A stretch of 64,000 nucleotides of DNA, taken from assembly GCA_964016885.1 (NCBI GenBank), contig OZ024743.1:347758001-347822000 (forward strand), in the 5' to 3' direction. Positions within the stretch are counted from its first letter, which is position 1. Each line of letters starts with the position of its first letter. Both the position numbers and the translations under genes were made by a program. This DNA is from Eledone cirrhosa. Lineage: Eukaryota. Shown piece by piece: positions 58,592 through 64,000 of the stretch. Below the pieces are notes generated by a model. The model had not been told where the DNA came from. It searched no databases and was given only the letters and a program-made list of their open reading frames with translations.

Positions 58592-58621
58592 TTATCTTAA
58601 TAAATATATATATATATATAT

Positions 58622-59101
58622 AAATGAAAGCAAAAGGGATATTCAATAATGTGTTGGTAATTCAACAAATATAAATGTTTATAATTGATTCAGAACACTC
58701 AACAAGTTTTCTGGAGTATAATATTCAATGATATTATCCATAATTATTATAATAATTATTATAAATAAATGGAAACTATATTTATAAAACCATTTTTATT
58801 CTATTATATATATATATCAAGTGTACCAAAACTTTGGTACGCGCTCTCATCAGATAAAATTCAAAGTTTGTTTTATAAATATTGACATAACCAAGAAAAA
58901 ATACCTTAACGGTTCAAGTCTTCCCTGACTATCCAGGAAAAACTTGAACCGTTAAGGTATTTTTTCTTGGTTATGTCAATATTTATAAAACAAACTTTGT
59001 ATTTTATCTGATGAGAGCGTGTACCAAAGTTTTGGTACCCTTGAAATATATATAATATAATAAATATTGTTTTATAAATATAGTTTCCATTTATGTAATA
59101 T

Positions 59102-59105
<4 letters not shown>
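58622..59105. mobile_element. Palindromic family B PLE terminus in (TA)n
   Basis: Inverted repeat 58765-59094 (~155 bp arms); homologous to 27583-27800. Confidence 0.8.
58979..59081 (+). ncRNA. Type I hammerhead motif, family B, with (AU)n helix III
   Basis: attttat-CTGATGA(59008-59014)-gag..gtaccaaa-gt-tttggtac..ctt-GAAA(59043-59046)-tatata-TA-atataat; helix I extended by tttataaaacaa/ttgttttataaa. Confidence 0.7.
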
Positions 59106-59137
<32 letters not shown>

Positions 59138-59499
59138 TTATACTTGGGGCGGGTCATATTGTTGAAATAATATTGCCAGAATTAATAACAGAACGCACTA
59201 AATGTTTAGTCCTTAATGTTTATAATTGACTGACCAACGGTCAACAATACAGATATAATATAGATATAAACACATATATATAGTCCAACAAAGTTCTTTC
59301 GTTGCACATCTGCAACATCATCAGTGGTACTATTATGTTCCTACTGTTGTATTATATGTCTACGTCAATTTTATTTTATCTGTTTATTTATTTGTACACT
59401 TATCAAAAAAATGTATATATTCGTCGGTTAGAAGAAGTAGTAACGTACGAGTGGATTTCGGTTATAAATAAATTATAAATAAATAAATACATATATAAA

Positions 59500-60262
59500 C
59501 ATGATCTACTACACTAGTGCTGAAATTATTCTTTATTGCATATTTATTAGTTTAGCAGGCCCTAAATATATACTACACACACTTCATTTGACTATAAATA
59601 AAGGCTCCTTCGTATTACTTCCTTGCCCCTGTGTTATATTGCAGCCCTCGGGTGTAAGGAAAAACATTAACGTCGTCAATATTAGTTGTCCAGGAAGCCC
59701 TACAAAGGCAAGACATAAGCCTCTTTCCTTCAGACGATATTGAGTGTTTGCGGTACCATGGCTGGGAAGACCACAAATTAGAGTAGTACTGGATCGATGC
59801 AATATTTGCTTCAAGATGGGAACGTCGGTACATTAAGCACTACACACTGACGTCTAGCTCTCAATGCCAATGTTTGGGCCTAGTCCTTCCCATATTTTCC
59901 ATATGTATATCACTGCGTACATCTCCCGTCTTCCTTCAAATGAGTAGAGTTTACATTTTTTAGCCTTTCCTAGTAGTTCATCTCCATCATTGTGGCAATC
60001 CTCTTGGTGTAGCTTCGTTGTATTGATTCAAGTTCTGTGGATAGTTTGGCACTATACAACTGGGAATAATAGTCAATTTGGCTTAAGAAAATATCGCGAT
60101 AGTACCAACATGGGTTCTCAATCTCTTTGCTTGAAAGTCCTCAAGATCTAGCCAAGCGAGTAGTTATTATCGTCATATCCATGATGTGCGAATGAAACGA
60201 TGCATCATCGCTCAAGTCTATACCCAGGTCTTGTATCGATTTTGACACGGGGATTTGCATCG
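59500..60262 (-). mobile_element. Decayed CR1/L2-group LINE 3' fragment
   Basis: Across frameshifts translates IQDLGIDLSDDASFHSHI..ILRTFKQRD*EPML..IDYYSQLYS..LESIQRSYTKRI..MNY*ERLK..LYS.E.RRE.YAVIYIWKIWEGL. Confidence 0.75.
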
Positions 60263-60280
60263 AGTACTATATATTTATAC

Positions 60281-60323
<43 letters not shown>

Positions 60324-60788
60324 ATGCGTGTGCGTGCGCGTGTGTGTGTGGGGGTGTATGTCTGTGTGTGTGTGTATTGAACTCATGTTGGGAAGGATTT
60401 ATTTAATTAAAATTACCGTAATGTAACATTAGGCAGTAGGTATAACATGTCTTGAATATGCTTGTAACTCACTAACTTCCATTTTTAAAAATGATTAATA
60501 AACTTATCCTTGATTGGAATGAAGAGCTTTGAAAGATAGGTATATATCTATTTAATTAACACTTTACTCGTCTGCATGTTCCCCGAGAACATGGATCTTC
60601 AACTGAAAAAGTCGAAAATGTAAGCCTGGAAAATATTTACGCTGAAAGTCATGCCGTTGCTCAGGTACGTAAGGATACATAATACGGTAATGTCGTTGAT
60701 ATTTGAAGGAGGCTTTTAATCCCATCTAGTTTTCATTTCGCCGCCTTTACTTTTCACTCATTAATCTATCTATCTATCTATCTATCTA

Positions 60789-60836
<48 letters not shown>

Positions 60837-61222
60837 ATTTCGGAAGAAGGATCAGGATGGAGAGAGAGGTGCTGCACCCCAACCGTTTTTATGAAAGATG
60901 GGTGAAAGTGGCGAGAATGGCCCGTGTGAATGGGCCTTCACTCTACATCAGACTATAGGTGAGGAAGAGGAAAGATCAAGGGAGCATCCCTTCTCTGTGC
61001 TCCTGAGGAGAAGGGTTGCACACTTTTTTTTCGGGGGCGTGTGCGACCCCCCAAGGCGCCTCCTCCCTATGGAGGATTTTGTTATAAAATTTATTTTGTT
61101 ATATTGTATTTTATTTTTATACTTTGTTATTGCCTCCTCCATATTAAGGACGCCTTGTTATGTAAACTCCCTCCAATGTACTCATCCCACTTTTGATGCC
61201 CTGGTGGCAAATAAAAATAAAG

Positions 61223-61224
<2 letters not shown>
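60837..61224 (+). mobile_element. 5'-truncated Tx1 (second family) in (ATCT)n
   Basis: Reverse-complement match to 38995-39360; ATCT repeats on both sides. Confidence 0.88.
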
Positions 61225-61274
<50 letters not shown>

Positions 61275-61374
61275 ATATTTATCTATCTATATATTTATCT
61301 ATCTATCTATCCATATATCTATCTATCAATCTATCTATCTACATATCTATCAATTTATACATCTATCTATCTAA

Positions 61375-62045
61375 TTTCCAAGATGCGAGCAGGACATTGG
61401 AATCGTTCTGCACGCAATTGTTCAGTGTCCAGGGGTGAGCGACATGTGGAATTATGTCGAACAGCTACTGTCACACGTGGGTCACATCCATTTGTCAGTT
61501 CATCTTGATGATCATCCGCCGCCTTCATTTAACAATGAAGGAGAAGCCGTTTTCCTTCGTCTGGTGACTATTGCGAAAGAGGTAATATGGTTGACGAGGT
61601 TGACATGACTGAGGGTAAATACCTTCCTATCCGGACAACAACTCATCCCCTTATCTAATTAACACTTCAGAAGGAAGTTGAGAGGGTGGAGAGAGAGGGG
61701 CTACACCCCAGTAATTTCGTGGAAAGGTGGGTGAATGTGACGAAAATGACTCGAGTGAACGGTCCTTCATTGTATATAAACCCTGTAGGTTGAGGAAGAC
61801 AAAAGAGGGAAGACGGGAAAACATACAAAACGCGCTCCTGGTGTTGAGGGTTGATCTATCTAAGGAATGTAAAACAACCCAGCAGTAACCCCCCTCCCCT
61901 ATTGGAGATGTCATTGTTATTTTATTTTAATATATAGTTTATATTAATTTAGTAATTTTAAAGTTTGTTTTATGTGTAATTCCCACCGTCACGTCTTGAA
62001 ATGTCCCATTTCTTGTGCGCCCTTTTGGCAAAAAAAGGAAACATA
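61375..62045 (+). mobile_element. Older, diverged Tx1 3' fragment adjacent to (ATCT)n
   Basis: Remnant peptides PRCEQD, VLHAIVQCPGVSDMWNYVEQLLS, LVTIAKEVIW; ends tggcaaaaaaaggaaacat-atctatct. Confidence 0.78.
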
Positions 62046-62104
62046 TCTATCTATCTTTCTCTTCCTCGTCTTTGCTCTCTCTCTTTATCTCTCTCTCTCT
62101 CTCA

Positions 62105-62172
<68 letters not shown>

Positions 62173-62548
62173 GCATGTATGTAGGTATGTGTGTGTGTGT
62201 GTCTAAATATACGTCTCCACTTGCTACTAGCTTTACATCTGTAACATATAAAGAAATAAATTTCATCCAATTTACAGTAAATTTCTTTTTTGTCATTCCC
62301 CGCACAAGACCACCCAACCCTACAAGCCTGTAAGATCTCACGCATGATCCAAGGTCAACAGCGACGCTGACCTTTCGCCACGGAACCATTCAATATAGAA
62401 ACCCGTCTATTTCCGTATATGCAACGGAATCTATCACATTGGATTTATTTACATTTCTACATAAATAACTCGGTAGTGTTGTATCGTAGATTTATTTAAC
62501 ACCCCTCTTTCTGCTTCCTGCATCTCTGTCAATGTAGGTACACAAACA

Positions 62549-62701
<153 letters not shown>

Positions 62702-63396
62702 GGTGTACATTCTATAATCATTTTTGTTCACTCTTTCACACACCTTAATCTCCTAACCCTTTCTCTCACCAATCTATCTTTAATACTTTCTTCCAAACAA
62801 ACATTTAATATTCACTCTCGTCTCTTCTGTTAGCATCGATTTGCATATCTTCCTCTTCGTGATAATCACCAACATCCTCGTCGCTATTGTCGTCGTCAAC
62901 ATCATCGCCATCATGATTAGTATCATCATCAACAGCATCATCATCATCATCATCATCATCAGTATCATCATTACCATAATTATGCTCCTCACCTCCCACT
63001 TCACCACTTCCCCACTATATCTTATACTTGATACCTGTTCTCATTTAAATTTGTTAGATGTGGTACACGGATGAGTTTACATGGTACTTATATTGTTTTG
63101 TTCTTATACTGGTTTCAAACAATGGACCACAGCTAACTCATTCAGGATATTTTCACATATATCTGTCCCTTATTTCATCTGGTGGTATTTTATCAGATAT
63201 TGAAGGTGAAAAGGTGCAGTCAACATCCATATAGACGGGTATAATTACGATTTAAAGGGAAACAACCAAATATAGGCAGTTATATATGTCTATTGATGTA
63301 CCAAGACTAGTGTTTTAAACAAACTCTATAGCGAATTCGTCCTTTGGATTCATTGCTGTATAACTTCGGATATAACCTTCTTCTTTCTTACCACTA

Positions 63397-63533
<137 letters not shown>

Positions 63534-63814
63534 AGAGAGAGAGAGAGTGAGAGAGAGAGTGAGAGTGAGAGAGAGAGAGTGAGAGAGAGAGTGAGAGTGA
63601 GAGAGAGAGAGTGAGAGTGAGTGAGAGAGAGAGTCTGAGGTGCTGAGACCATGAGGCCCACTAGTCATTGGAGTACTCAATCCATGGGCAGAAATGCAGA
63701 GTGGGGATAAAAATACGTAAAATCTCAGCTGCGGGGCCTGGTGTTTTCGGGATTTTTTTCAACAGAACACCACTTTGCGCCACGGTTAGGGTTTTATATA
63801 TTAAATTCATATAG

Positions 63815-63868
63815 TCCAGAATTAGCCGTCGAAACGGCTTGAGCTCAGCCGTCGGGGTCCTACTCGTT

Positions 63869-63873
<5 letters not shown>
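63815..63873 (+). mobile_element. Family A PLE terminus (hammerhead 3' half) ending in (TA)n
   Basis: cagaattagccgtcGAAAcggcttgagctcagccGTCggggtcctactcgttcctat matches 16511-16567 and 1089-1127. Confidence 0.7.
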
Positions 63874-63911
<38 letters not shown>

Positions 63912-64000
63912 GAAAAAGTGAAGAATAACATGGTCAACAGTATAAAGAAGGAAATTTATATACAGTCTAACAATTGTTTCTATGATGCAGTTGTCTAAAA

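Larger units (their letters stand above)
53829..58607. mobile_element. Penelope-like retroelement (Naiad-like), two truncated copies in divergent inverted arrangement, in (TA)n
   Basis: Arms 53915-55873 (-) and 56644-58607 (+) are reverse complements; RT and GIY-YIG peptides are present; hammerhead-like motif near both outer ends. Confidence 0.9.

Overview
AT-rich eukaryotic DNA, intergenic or intronic, saturated with microsatellites; no host gene can be supported. The repeat content (tRNA-derived Meta-domain SINEs, Dong/R4, Tx1, RTE, CR1, Naiad-like Penelope elements) suggests an octopod cephalopod, which is an inference. Main contents: a near-full-length but disrupted Tx1/L1-clade LINE (7518-13410, -) and a decayed relative (about 29930-34140, +); a Penelope-like element (PLE) forming a ~4.7 kb inverted repeat (53829-58607); a second truncated PLE (27583-29396, -); Dong/R4, RTE, CR1 and Helitron fragments; a hAT MITE and a solo LTR with target-site duplications; and many SINE copies. 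Two patterns go beyond this inventory. (1) About a dozen short, mostly palindromic elements in (TA)n carry whole or partial type I hammerhead ribozyme (HHR) motifs from several families, including a ~480 bp element with ~110 bp terminal inverted repeats around a well-formed minimal hammerhead. (2) Retroelements appear partitioned by microsatellite target: PLEs in (TA)n; Dong, one Tx1 family and several SINE copies in (AAT)n; a sister Tx1 family in (GATA)n. All RNA folds and translations were done by eye, and boundaries are approximate.
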